From Octopus sinensis (lineage: Eukaryota), in the NCBI RefSeq assembly GCF_006345805.1, contig NC_042997.1:162936001-163000000 (forward strand): 64,000 nt of DNA, read 5' to 3'. Shown here in pieces: positions 12,250 to 23,496 of the stretch. Every line of letters starts with the position of its first letter. Position 1 is the stretch's first letter. The position numbers and the translations under genes were made by a program. Below the pieces are notes generated by a model. The model did no database searches, was not told where the DNA came from, and was given only the letters and a program-made list of their open reading frames with translations.

Positions 12250-13440
12250 ATTTTTTAATAAAGTGGATCATGGTATGATATGCCACAAACTGCGTGATCT
12301 CGGCATAGCTGGAAAACTTGAGTGTGGTTACATGACTTTCTGAAAAGATAAAAGCCAAGCAGTGGTGGCCAATGGGGCCACCTCAAAGAAAGCACAAACA
12401 GTGAATGGCGTTCTACATGCACTGTCTTGGTACCACTGCTTTTCATAGTGGCCCTCTCAGATATGCCCTCAGCTGCTCGAATAGCCACCCTTGCTAGCTA
12501 CGCACACGATACGAAAGTCTAGCAGAAAATACAAGACCCTAACGATGTTGCACACCTGCAGCAGGAGTTGGACTCAATTTACTGATGGGGCTGCGAACAA
12601 TAATATGCAGTTTAATGCTCGAAAATTCCAAGCCCTGCGCTATCGGCGCCCAAAAATGAACATAAAATTTACAGAATACACTGGCCCATGGGGGGGTTAC
12701 AATCCCAGAACCTAAATCACTGCGGGACCTGGGCATCGACATGAGTGATGATACCTCTTTCCAAGTGCCACATTACCAAGATGGCGACCAAGTGCAGTCG
12801 GTTGGGTGTATGGATCTTGAGAACCTTCAGAGAGAAGGAAACCATGATGGCCCTCTGGAAGACATTCGTCTTCAGCCGCCTGGATTACTGCTCCCAGCTA
12901 TCGTCACCCATAGTGTAAGATTAACAGCGGACCTTGAAGCAATTCAACGAAGCTTCACAAAGATCGTCTCATTGCAACAGCTCAGCTACTGGGAAAGGCT
13001 AAAGCAGCTCAGAAGGCGGGAGAGATATACAGTAATATATATCTGAAAGATCCTGGAAGGGATTGTGCCAGATTTAGGCACTGAAAGCTAGGGGTCGCTA
13101 CTGCACAGTGCCAAAGATCCTAGGAATGCCGTCGCACTTCAGGACCAGTTACTGCAAGCAACAGCTTGGGTTTCAGGGTCTCACAGCTTTTTAATATTCT
13201 CCCAAAGAGCCTAAGAGACCTACACGAAGTGAATATAGATGTTTCCAAATCAAAACTGGATATCTTCCTGTCGAGAGTTCCATACGAATCTACCACGCGG
13301 CAGGAGGCCCAAATGAGGGTAGTAACATCAGACTCCCTTATTCACCAAATGGCACGTATCAGAGGAGGCTCTCAATAATAACAGTGTAGCAAAACGGCGG
13401 TGCCCCAGCAGGGCCACAGCTTTGAGCTAAAACTGATAAA
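12250..13440 (+). mobile_element. CR1/L2-type LINE 3' fragment (RT C-half plus 3' UTR), same family as 3995-5873 in inverted orientation
   Basis: GKLECGLHDFLKDK, LRDLGIDMSDD, RRRERYTVIYI and SQLFNILPKSLRDL...KSKLDIFLSRVP motifs. Confidence 0.92.
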
Positions 13441-13815
13441 ATATTGAATTAAAAATAAAATGTGTGTATATATATATGCATATATGTCTGTATATATATA
13501 TATATGTATATATGTGTGTATATGTATATAGATATATATATATGTATGTGTGTATATGTATATAGATATATATATATGTATGTGTGTATGTGTATATATA
13601 TGTGTATGTGTATATATATATATATATATGTGTGTGTTTCTGTGTGTGTATATATATCTTTGTGTGGGTATATATATATGTGTGTATATGTATATATATA
13701 TATATATATATAAATATATGTGCGTATGTATGTGTATGTATATGTATGTATGTATGTGTATATATATGTGTGTGTATGTATGTATATATATATGCATGTG
13801 TATTATATATACATG

Positions 13816-13846
<31 letters not shown>

Positions 13847-13860
13847 TGTGTGTACCGTGT
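13440..13860. repeat. (TA)n/(TG)n compound microsatellite
   Basis: Direct reading; it explains the YI/HT ORFs in the track. Confidence 0.95.
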
Positions 13861-14109
13861 CAGAGCAACGTCTCAATTCTTTAATGGTCTCTGTTACAAC
13901 ACACTTGATATATTTTCCGTTTTATATGCAAGTTTATGTTCGCAGCTGGACAAGGAATAAATCGCCGGGTACACTTACAACAGTATTTTCCCTTTTCTTT
14001 TCCTTTCTTTCCAATTAAATTTCCACCGCATGGTTTTTTAACGTTTCATTTTCGTGAAATCCAAGATATTTATGTAGTTGTCAATAATTAGTTACATCAT
14101 GAACATGCA

Positions 14110-14527
14110 GCGCAGACATGGCCGTGTGGTTAAAAAGCTCGCTTTGCAGCCACATGATTTCGGGTTCAGTTCCACTGCGTGGCATCTAGGGCAAGTGTCT
14201 TTTATAACTCCGGCCCAACTACTGCCTTGTGAATGAATTTGAAAGAAGCTTGTCCTATCTATGAATATGTGTATAGTGTGTGTGTTCCTTACTCCCCACT
14301 GCTCGATAATCGGTTTTATTCTTTTATTCTGTTACTTGTTTCAGTCATTTGACTGCGGCCATGCTGGAGAACCGCCTTTAGTCGAGCAAATCGACCCCAG
14401 GACTTATTCTTTGTAAGCCTAGTACTTATTCTATCGGTCTCTTTTGCCGAACCGCTAAGTTACGGGGACGTAAACACACTAGCATCAAGTGATGTTGGGG
14501 GGACAAACACACACACACACATATATA

Positions 14528-14568
<41 letters not shown>

Positions 14569-14850
14569 TATATATATATATATATATATACATATATACG
14601 ACGGGCTTCTTTCAGTTTCCGCCTACCAAGTCCACTCACAAGGTTTGGTCGGCCCGAGGCTATAGTAGAAGACACTTGCCCAAGGTGCCACGCAGTGGGT
14701 ATTGGTCACTTTTTATGCAAAAGAGATCCATAGAATAGTCTACAGATTTTAATATAGGTATTGAGTTCGATTTGTTCGATTTAATCTTCCAAAGTGGTGC
14801 AAATCCAGCATGGCCGCAGTCAAATGACTGAAACAAGTAAAAGATAATGA
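14110..14850. mobile_element. Nested SINE family A copies (plus-strand copy interrupted by a minus-strand copy at about 14320-14700)
   Basis: Plus head at about 14115, minus tail-to-CORE segment at 14320-14700, plus tail resuming at about 14700-14850. Confidence 0.75.
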
Positions 14851-15239
14851 ACGAAGCAATTAAAAGAATCTAAACATTCCGTTCAAATTTCGAACTCACT
14901 ATTTGAAACAATTAGTTGTCATTCATAAACTCTACAATCACTAAGCTAAGAAATGGCTAGAAGAGATTTCCTTGTCTAATAACCTGTAAAACACACACAC
15001 ACACACACACAGAACGAACATATTGTTTATAGTCGTTGAACATACGTAATTGATAAATTTACTTCACAAGAATTTACATAGAGATTCAAATAATTTGTTC
15101 GTTTCAGAGAACTTCTCTGCACCTGCATTCAGTAAATAATTAAATCATTGATTAACAAAATCGTAACAAAACTCTTTCCACGTTTAGTTCTGTCACGGAC
15201 ACTAGGACGCGACAGGCCGATTATTCGGTTTTCATATCG

Positions 15240-15430
15240 TGTAAGGGACCTGGAACGCAACATTCCCCCTGAACGGGGCGCAGGGTTACTTATTTACAAG
15301 CTTTGTGGACTGGAGCCATGTGAAATGAAGTATTTTGCTCAAAAACAATGCACCGCCCAGTCTGAGAATCGAAACCACGCTCGTACGATCGTGAATACAA
15401 CACTCGAACCACTAATCCACGTGTCTTCAT
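15240..15430 (-). mobile_element. SINE family C copy (head GTGG(C)TTAGTGGTT...GTTTCGATT, body TTGAGCAAAA(C)ACTTCATTTCAC)
   Basis: Similar to the plus copy at 21995-22245 and the minus copy at 42340-42725. Confidence 0.7.
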
Positions 15431-16139
15431 ATTGAAACGCTTTGCACAACAACATTTTTATTTCTTTTACGTGTAAAAGGCCTCAAACTTGTAACTCGGG
15501 CTTAAGTGGGGAGAGAAAACGGAAAGTTTACCTCGGTGGGAATTGAACTCAGGACGCAAAGCATCGGAATAAATACCACAAGGCATTTTGTCTGGCGATC
15601 TGACTATTCTGCAAAGGTAGCGTACTCATAGTACCTTGTACCACGAACATTTTTGAACAAATTGAAGTGTGTATGCTCTTTCGCTCCTTATAGAAGGGAC
15701 AGATTCTGCTGGGTACGATGTCTATCTGCTGCTAACTTCCACCGCAAAAGAGTCCCGGAACGTAGTGTCTGAAGATGTGCAGGCATGCACTGGAGATGTA
15801 ACATTTGCAGAAACTTCTGGACGACGATGTCGAACAGTTGTGATAGTCATTTATGTGACATGGCTTTAGACAATGCATCTCTTCCACCGTTCTGCAATCC
15901 GAGCTAAAACTCAGACCGAAGTTGTGCGATTGACATCTAAAGTGATACCAAGAATAACGGCACCCTGTCAGCTCGATAGTCCGTCGATGGAAATTTCACT
16001 GTCGCATTCTATAGAGGTCTGGTAGTGAGTGTGAGTGATGATGACTATAACCATGAGGATTTTGATGAGGATAGTTAATTCATTTTTCTCGTTCAAAATT
16101 ATGGCGGAAGTTTGGCTAAAACGTTAGAGTATCGAGAGC

Positions 16140-16560
16140 AAAAAAAAAAAAAAAACTCGCGGTAGTTGTTCCTACTCTTTACATGCTGAGTTCAAATACT
16201 ACCGAAGTCAACTTTGCCTTTCATCCCACCAAGCTGGTAGAATAAAGTATCACTCTAAGAGTCAATGTAACCGACTAGCCCCTTCTCTCAAAACTGCTGG
16301 CCTTCTACTTTAATCAGAAACTACATAAAGGCCAGTGAATTCGCAGAATCATTAGAGCGTCGGGAAAACTGCTTTGCAGTATTTGCTCGGTCTCCTCATG
16401 CTCTGAGTTCCAATCCTGCCGAGGGCAACCTTGTTTTTCATCCTTTCAGGGTTCGATAAAATAAAGTATCATATTATATTATATATATATATATTATCGA
16501 CCAAATTATTCCCCTCAAAGCTGCTGGCTTTGTACCGAAATCAGAAACCATTTCTCTTGG
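16140..16560 (+). mobile_element. Two older SINE family B copies
   Basis: CTGAGTTCAAAT...TTTGCCTTTCATCC body occurs twice. Confidence 0.7.
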
Positions 16561-18907
16561 TACAACACTCAAAAAAAAAGTTGATTGGAGTGAATCAATA
16601 TATTACTGGTATTTATTTGTCGATTTCTGTTGGATTAAAGTAGGTGCGACCTGCAAGATAGTGTAACCGATTTCCCACGCATTAGACTCTACAATCTTCT
16701 AAACGGAAAAAAGAAGAGTCAGTGAACAATAGTAGTCCGAAATATTCAGAGAAAAGGGCGTGGTAGTCACAGATAGAAGTCGACCAAGATTGAAACAACA
16801 GCAGTATTTTATCCTAACTAGGCTATTCTTAATCAATCCTATCACATTTGAACTGCAGATTATTTGGTACGGACAACTAGATTCCGAGTAATTGCTGAGT
16901 ATGAAATGCTTTTTACTGCCTTACAGAGTATTGTTTTGAAAAAAATAATGTTCAAACTACTAAAATTAATTTCAAACCACTCCGATATCAGACTGTATCC
17001 AGGTATTTTCTAAATTAAATGCAACTCTGATCTTATCTTGTTCTTCAGAATATTAGCTTTAACAATACGCGCTGAATCAGTAAGCCAGAGATAAAATTTA
17101 AGCTGATTCACATGAACAGGATCTCTTCAGCTATACAGTTATTCTGATTTGGATTATGAGTGTTAAGATCGTTTGATCCTCAACCTTTTCCCACTAATGT
17201 TACAAAGCGTAAAATAATAACAGAGCGAAAACAAAACCACTCAAATGATACGGAAATTGACAACGTTTGAAACACACGAGAAATATACCCGGGTATGAGC
17301 AACATGCAGAGAGATATGCATATAAATAGTTATAATAGCAGTGAATTTGATTAACGATAATTTGAACCAGAATGCTCGAATATAAACCCTAGATCCCATT
17401 CAATTAGCGTAAAATAGACATATCTTTCACAGAAAACGATATATAAAAGAATAAGTCGATTGTTCTCAAAGACAATAGGAAATATAGAATTGATTCTTTC
17501 CGTCTGCTTTTCAACTTATAAAGTCTCTGGACATTAAGTCAGGTAGTTGACAATGGATTTATGATTAGCCATTATCATAGAGACATTTTTGGCAAGAACA
17601 TTTTGAGATTGATACATTTTAGGGAATGTACTGGGGGAAAAGAATAACAAATTAAGAAATTATGATAATGGTTGATTATGATGTTGATGGTGGTTGTCGT
17701 CGTCGTGGGAAAGAAAATCACTGTTAGGAAATCTACTAGAATGTTTTATGTTGCCACTGAACAGCTCCCACAATATTATTCAGAAGGAAAAAAATTGTCG
17801 TATTGGCTACCTAATCAGATTTTATTTGATTGTGAAATAATGTGTATCTGTAATATTACAGCTACAAGACACTCTATACTTGATATCTTTATTGGCAAGC
17901 ACACACATAGACAGCGGTGAAACAACACGTAAAATCTAAAAGCTATCACCAAATGCGCAATAAAATCTGTCTTAACAATGAGACATGAAAAGAAGTCCAT
18001 CTTCTCGACTGTAAAATCTAGTGAGATGAATCTTTGAAAGTAGTTGATTTATGTCAAGTGTCATGGCTATATACCCCTCAATGATGCTTAAATTGTATCG
18101 TTTACACTTTCCAATCTTTCGCGCGAAAATGCCTCTTAATCCCTGGGAAACTTATCTGTAGTTCCATGACGTTTAGCGCTGATTCGAAACCAGTCTGTGG
18201 TTACGTAACATTCCCAGCTATTGTTGAGTCATGACTGAATAAACCTAAGATCAAATACGTTTCAGTTTTGACTTTCCGTAGCTTTTAACATCAAGGATTA
18301 CATTGTACAATATGTCCTTCCTTTTTTTTTAAGACACTAGGGTGTGATTTGAGGCAACTGACAACTAGTTCTCGCAGGTAAGTTGACTGCGTAGAGGTTA
18401 GTTGTTCTGAAGGTATTATAGAATAATTTTACGTAGAAGTACCCAGCGCAATTGATTTGTAATCATGATTCTGGGCACCTTATCAAATCAACCATCTCAT
18501 AGTTACAAGATATCTGATTGGGCTTAAACTTCCCAGCAAATCTCCCTTCGTATGTTTAATGAAGCTCAACTCACTAAAAACAAATTAAACAAAGTCTAAA
18601 ATAAAATTAATTCTCATGAACTTGGAAGACTTAATAAGAGTATATTCTATGTGGTTGTGAACTTACTTAAAACAAATTCAATTTACACGATACGTAATAA
18701 TTTATATTGATTTTCTTTAACTACGCATAAAGCAGTGTTTTTCAAGGAAGGCTAATGTCATGTTGTGATTATACATTATTCTAAAAAGAAAAGAAGGTAC
18801 GGATGACGACGTTGCCCGAGAAGAGGAGCAAAATCGCTGATTCGTCAAGCTGATAGAATTCGTGAAATTGAATCCAAAACGGTATTTCAAAATTTTTTTA
18901 GAATTTC

Positions 18908-19190
18908 TTTTCTTTTATTCTTTTACTTGTTTCAGTCATTTGAATGCGGTCATGCTGGATCACCGCTTTTAGTCGATCAAATTGACCCCAGGAGTTAATT
19001 TTGTAAGCCTAGTACTTATTCTATCGGTTTCTTTTGCCGAACCGCTAAGTTACAGGGACGTAAACTCACCAGCATCGGTTGTCAAGCGATGTCGGAAGAC
19101 AAACACAAACATACAAACATATACACAAACACGTTATATATATATATATATATATAAGAAGCCCGTCATATATATATATATATATTATAT

Positions 19191-19225
<35 letters not shown>

Positions 19226-19380
19226 GACGGGTTTCTTTCAGTTTCCGTCCACCAAATCCTCTCACAAGGCTTTGGTCGGCTCGAGGCTATAATAGAAGAC
19301 ACTTACCCAAGGTACCACGCAGAGGGACTGAACCCGGAACCATGTGGTTGGTAAGTAGGCTACTTACCACACAGCCACTC
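18908..19380 (-). mobile_element. Full-length SINE family A
   Basis: Head GAGTGGCTGTGTGGTAAG...GGTTCAGTCCC, CORE-like block, central (TA)n, tail CCAGCATGACCGCATTCAAATGACTGAAAC plus TAAAAGAA repeats. Confidence 0.92.
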
Positions 19381-19729
19381 CCCCTCAGAAAAATTATCAC
19401 ATCCTTGTAAAAGTATGTTGAAATAGTTCATTTTCGATGAGATATCAATATTGGGACGATTTCTTCAAGACCAACATAATTTGGAAGATATAGAAAATGT
19501 CACATCCATTTGTTTTTGTCGCGTACGTCACACAGAGTAAAGGAGATGTCTGATTATATTGTTGCCCAGCAACCTCGTAAACATTTTTTTGATTCAAGGG
19601 CGGCCAATGTAGATAAACACCGTGCAGCTTTTTTACACTACTCTGGAGAAACTCGGAAAAATGAGCATTAGCATGCCGGGCAAAATGCTAGCCTTGTGCC
19701 AAAATTTGAAATTAATACTTGATAGGTTA

Positions 19730-21060
19730 GTAAGGCGGCGAGCTGGCAGAAACGGTAGCACGCCAGGCAAAATGCTTAGCGGTATTTCGTTTGCCGCTAC
19801 GTTCTGAGTTCAAATTCCGCCGAGGTTGACTTTGCCTTTCATCCTTTCGGGGTCGATAAATTAAGTACCAGTTACGCACTGGGGTCGATGTAATGGACTT
19901 AATACCTACGTCTGTTCTTGTTTGTCCTCTCTATGCTTAGCCCCTTGTGGGTAATAAAGAAATAGGTATTTCGTCTGCCGTTACGTTCTGAGTTCAAATT
20001 CCGCCGAGGTCGACTTTGCTTTTCATCTTTTCGGGGTCGATTAAATAAGTACCAGTTACGCACTGGGGTCGATATAATCGACTTAATCCGTTTGTCTGTC
20101 CTTGTTTGTCCCTTCTGTGTTTAGCCCCTTGTGGGTAGTAAAGAAATAGGTATTTCGTCTGTCTTTACGTTCTGAGTTCAAATTACGCCGATGTCGATTT
20201 TGCCTTTCATCCTTTCGGGGTCGATAAATTACGTACCAGTTACGCACTGGGGTCGATGTAATCGACTTAATACCTATGTCTGTCCTTGTTTGACTCCTCT
20301 GTGTTTAGCCCCTTGTGGGTAATAAAGAAATAGGTATTTCGTTTGCCGCTACGTTCTGAGTTCAAATTCCGCCGAGGTTGACTTTGCCTTTCATCCTTTC
20401 GGGGTCGATAAATTAAGTACCAGTTACGCACTGGGGTCGATGTAATGGACTTAATACCTATGTCTGTTCTTCTTTGTCCCCTCTATGTTTAGCCCCTTGT
20501 GGGTAATAAAGAAATAGGTATTTCATCTGCTGTTACGTTCTGAGTTCAAATTCCGCCGAGGTCGATTTTGCTTTTCATCCTTTCGGGGTCGATTAAATAA
20601 GTACCAGTTACGCACTGGGGTCGATATAATCGACTTAATCCGTTTGTCTGTCCTTGTTTGTCCCTTCTGTGTTTAGCCCCTTGTGGGTAGTAAAGAAATA
20701 GGTATTTCGTCTGTCTTTACGTTCTGAGTTCAAATTACGCCGAGGTCGATTTTGCTTTTAATCCTTCCGGGGTCGATAAATTAAGTAACAGTTGCGAACT
20801 GCGGTCGATCTAATCGACTGCCTGCCTCCCAAAAAATTTCGTGCTTTGTACCTAGAGTAGAAAAAAATCGTTAGAACGCCAGACAAAATGCTTAGTGGCA
20901 TTTCGTCCGTCTTTACGTTCTGAGTTCAAATTCCACCGGAGTCGACTTTGCCTTTCATCCTTTCGGGGTCGATAAAATAAGTACTAATTGGGTACTGAGG
21001 TTGATGAAATCGACTTATTTCTTCCCTGGAAATTACTGGCCTTGTGCCAAAATTTGAAAC
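19730..21060 (+). repeat. SINE family B-derived tandem array: one head plus six 184-bp-period units, then an older monomer
   Basis: GGTATTTC unit starts at 19781, 19965, 20149, 20333, 20517 and 20701 (exactly 184 apart). Confidence 0.95.
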
Positions 21061-21994
21061 TAATATTTTCAGGTGAAAAAGCAAGTTTTTTCGTGCCACG
21101 TTACACTTTTGGTATCCTCTTCAAAAATTCCAACATACATTCCAAATAAATATTTTTAAAAATTGCTTAATACATGTCTGGGTAGTTAAACTTATCAGTG
21201 AAAATAAATCAATACTAGTTTTATAAATATTCAAAATTTACGGCTTAGATAGATATCTCATAATTTGTCAGTCACGTACGTCTCACTAGAATCGCCCATA
21301 GTATGCCTTAATATATAATTCTATATTAATCATTTCTAAGTATTCTATGTATTGAAACATCGCCTAAACATCATTAAAATATTTTGACTTTAAGCTATCA
21401 AAACATGAACAGCTATTCCAATCGCATCCACTTTCATGAAAATTTCTCAATTGTAGGAGTCGGTCATAACTTAATTTCATAATGTAAGGGAGATAACTAG
21501 GATGCTCTAATTTTTTATCAAAATATTTCGACAGAAAATTGAATTCACGCAACGCAACAGAGAAATTTTAATTTATATATAAAGATTATTTTTCTAAACG
21601 GTTATCAATCAAAATATTCAACAGAAACAGTACAGAATACAGATGCAATTAGATCGATTATTTGTTAAATGAAAACGCCACTAAAAGAAATGACCATCAA
21701 AGTGAAGTGTAATCTATATTATGTCAGCGCACGCGCAAGCTGTTTGGCACCATGTCACTCCTGATCAAGCAGCAGTATGATAAAATCCCTTCCAACCGAG
21801 ACTACCCCTCATGTACAGATAACACAGTAACACATAAGCCACCGTGTTGTTTTCTAAAACAATACGGTTGATATGAGAGAGGTTTGACAACCATCTTTAA
21901 CAGATTCAACGATCAAGTAGAGGCTGCCTTTAGATGAGGTGAAGCAGCGTGGTTATGAATGTAACTTCATCCAGTACATAACTGTTGCGTGTAG

Positions 21995-22245
21995 GTGCAC
22001 GGCCTAGTGGTTAAGGTGCTGCACTCACGATTTCGAGATTGTGGGTTCGATTACAGGGCGTTACGTTGTGTTCTTGAGCAAAGCACTTCATTTCACATTG
22101 TTTTACAATCATTTCATATCGTCGCACACGGTGCACCTGTACAGGTAATATCGATTTCACTGGAGTGAGTGAGCTCACGTGTACACAAACATTTGATCGC
22201 TATAAATAAAATCATCTGTGCCGTTGTTCGGCAAGAAATTGCCGA
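21995..22245 (+). mobile_element. SINE family C copy
   Basis: GGCCTAGTGGTTAAGG A box, GGGTTCGATT B box, then family body. Confidence 0.75.
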
Positions 22246-22539
22246 ACCCTCATACATCATCTACCGACAGGAGTCCACGTTTTATATATATATATATGTA
22301 TGTATATATATATATATAAATTTATTATATGACAGAACGCACGCATCCCTTTCTAAGTAAGATTGTTCTTAATATTAATTGATGCGCACTCTTAACCTTT
22401 CTCTCCCCTCCCTTTCTCAGCCTTCATTATTTGGGCTTTCCTTTTCTTCCACTTACTGTCTCTCTCTCTCTTTCTTTTCTTTTTCTCTATCACCATTACC
22501 CTTCTTTTCTTTCCCCTTCTCTTGATCCTCCTCCTCCCT

Positions 22540-23040
22540 CCCGTCGCGGTCACGTGATGAGACGGCTATTTCTGTCTTTTCTTTCTTGAACTCCGTCAAG
22601 TAGAGACGTTAACCTGTTCTCTCTCGCGTCTCAAATAATAGCGTTCGTAAAAAAATTTTATCTCGTTTGGCTTAACAGCCCTTCTTGTTTGTGCTACTGT
22701 TATTCTCCGTGTCCTGTCTTTTACTGTTTATATTTTGTACTGTCGTTACTATCCTGTCTTTGTTACCATTTTTACCCCTCCGCAAAAAAACCTCAAATTT
22801 TATTTAATTTGATTTTCGCGGGAAGGAAAATTTCATTGGAGATATGTATCGCCTTGACCTTCGAAACGTGGAGTAGATGAAATTAAGGCGACTGAAGAAG
22901 GGGAATTTTCCTTGTTTTGTATGTCCTGTACTCTATTTTTTCGTTGTTTTAAAAAAATGTCCATTTCCTTGGTTTTGTGTTTATGTTTTCGTTTCTCATT
23001 GTGTTCAACGTTTTTTTTTGGTGTCCTGTACCCATATATG
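22540..23040 (+). mobile_element. Penelope-like element terminal remnant
   Basis: CTTCGAAACGT and GACTGAAGAAGG motifs in T-rich sequence, as in PLE pseudo-LTRs. Confidence 0.45.
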
Positions 23041-23119
23041 CATGTATATATACATGTAGAGGTAGGTATGTACATATATGTATGTATATATGCATATATT
23101 TTATTTATTAATTTTTTAT

Positions 23120-23496
23120 AGAAAACGCCCCCCCCCCCCGCCCAATGGACGGTGCTGAGTTGTCAAACATTTAAACCAAATTTTCTCAAAACAACTTGTC
23201 CGACCGTCCCATAGGCCTCCCCTTTGAGAAACACTGATTTAAACTAAATTTGAGACACCAGCAAAAGAAGAAATAGACTTTTTTTCTATTCCAAGAAAAA
23301 CGATTTTACAAATGCACGTTCCCACTGCTTTATCAATCGCATTCTCACCTGGAATCGATTTTTGTAATTTTTTAAGACTTATGCATGCCCTGATACCGTC
23401 GGTATCTACATATCAAATTTGAGCGCAATCGGATGAAGGATGCCCGAAATCCTAGAAGACACACACACAGACAGACAACGGATTTTATATAATAGA
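23120..23496 (-). mobile_element. Helitron-type non-autonomous element, 5' part
   Basis: Minus strand begins A|TCTATTATATAAAATCCGTTGTCTGTCTGTGTGTG and contains CCGATTGCGCTCAAATTTG, typical of these 5' ends. Confidence 0.7.

Noticed and set aside
15660-16030. GC-richer block with coding-like minus translations
   Set aside because: Multiple stops and no recognisable family; probably an old repeat or pseudogene fragment.
19730-20885. CRISPR-like or tRNA gene array
   Set aside because: Eukaryotic context, no unique spacers, and the units are SINE bodies lacking a complete cloverleaf.
22845-22905. GAAAC followed by CTGAAGA as a permuted (type II) hammerhead
   Set aside because: I could not form stems I and III or a cleavage triplet between the two motifs.
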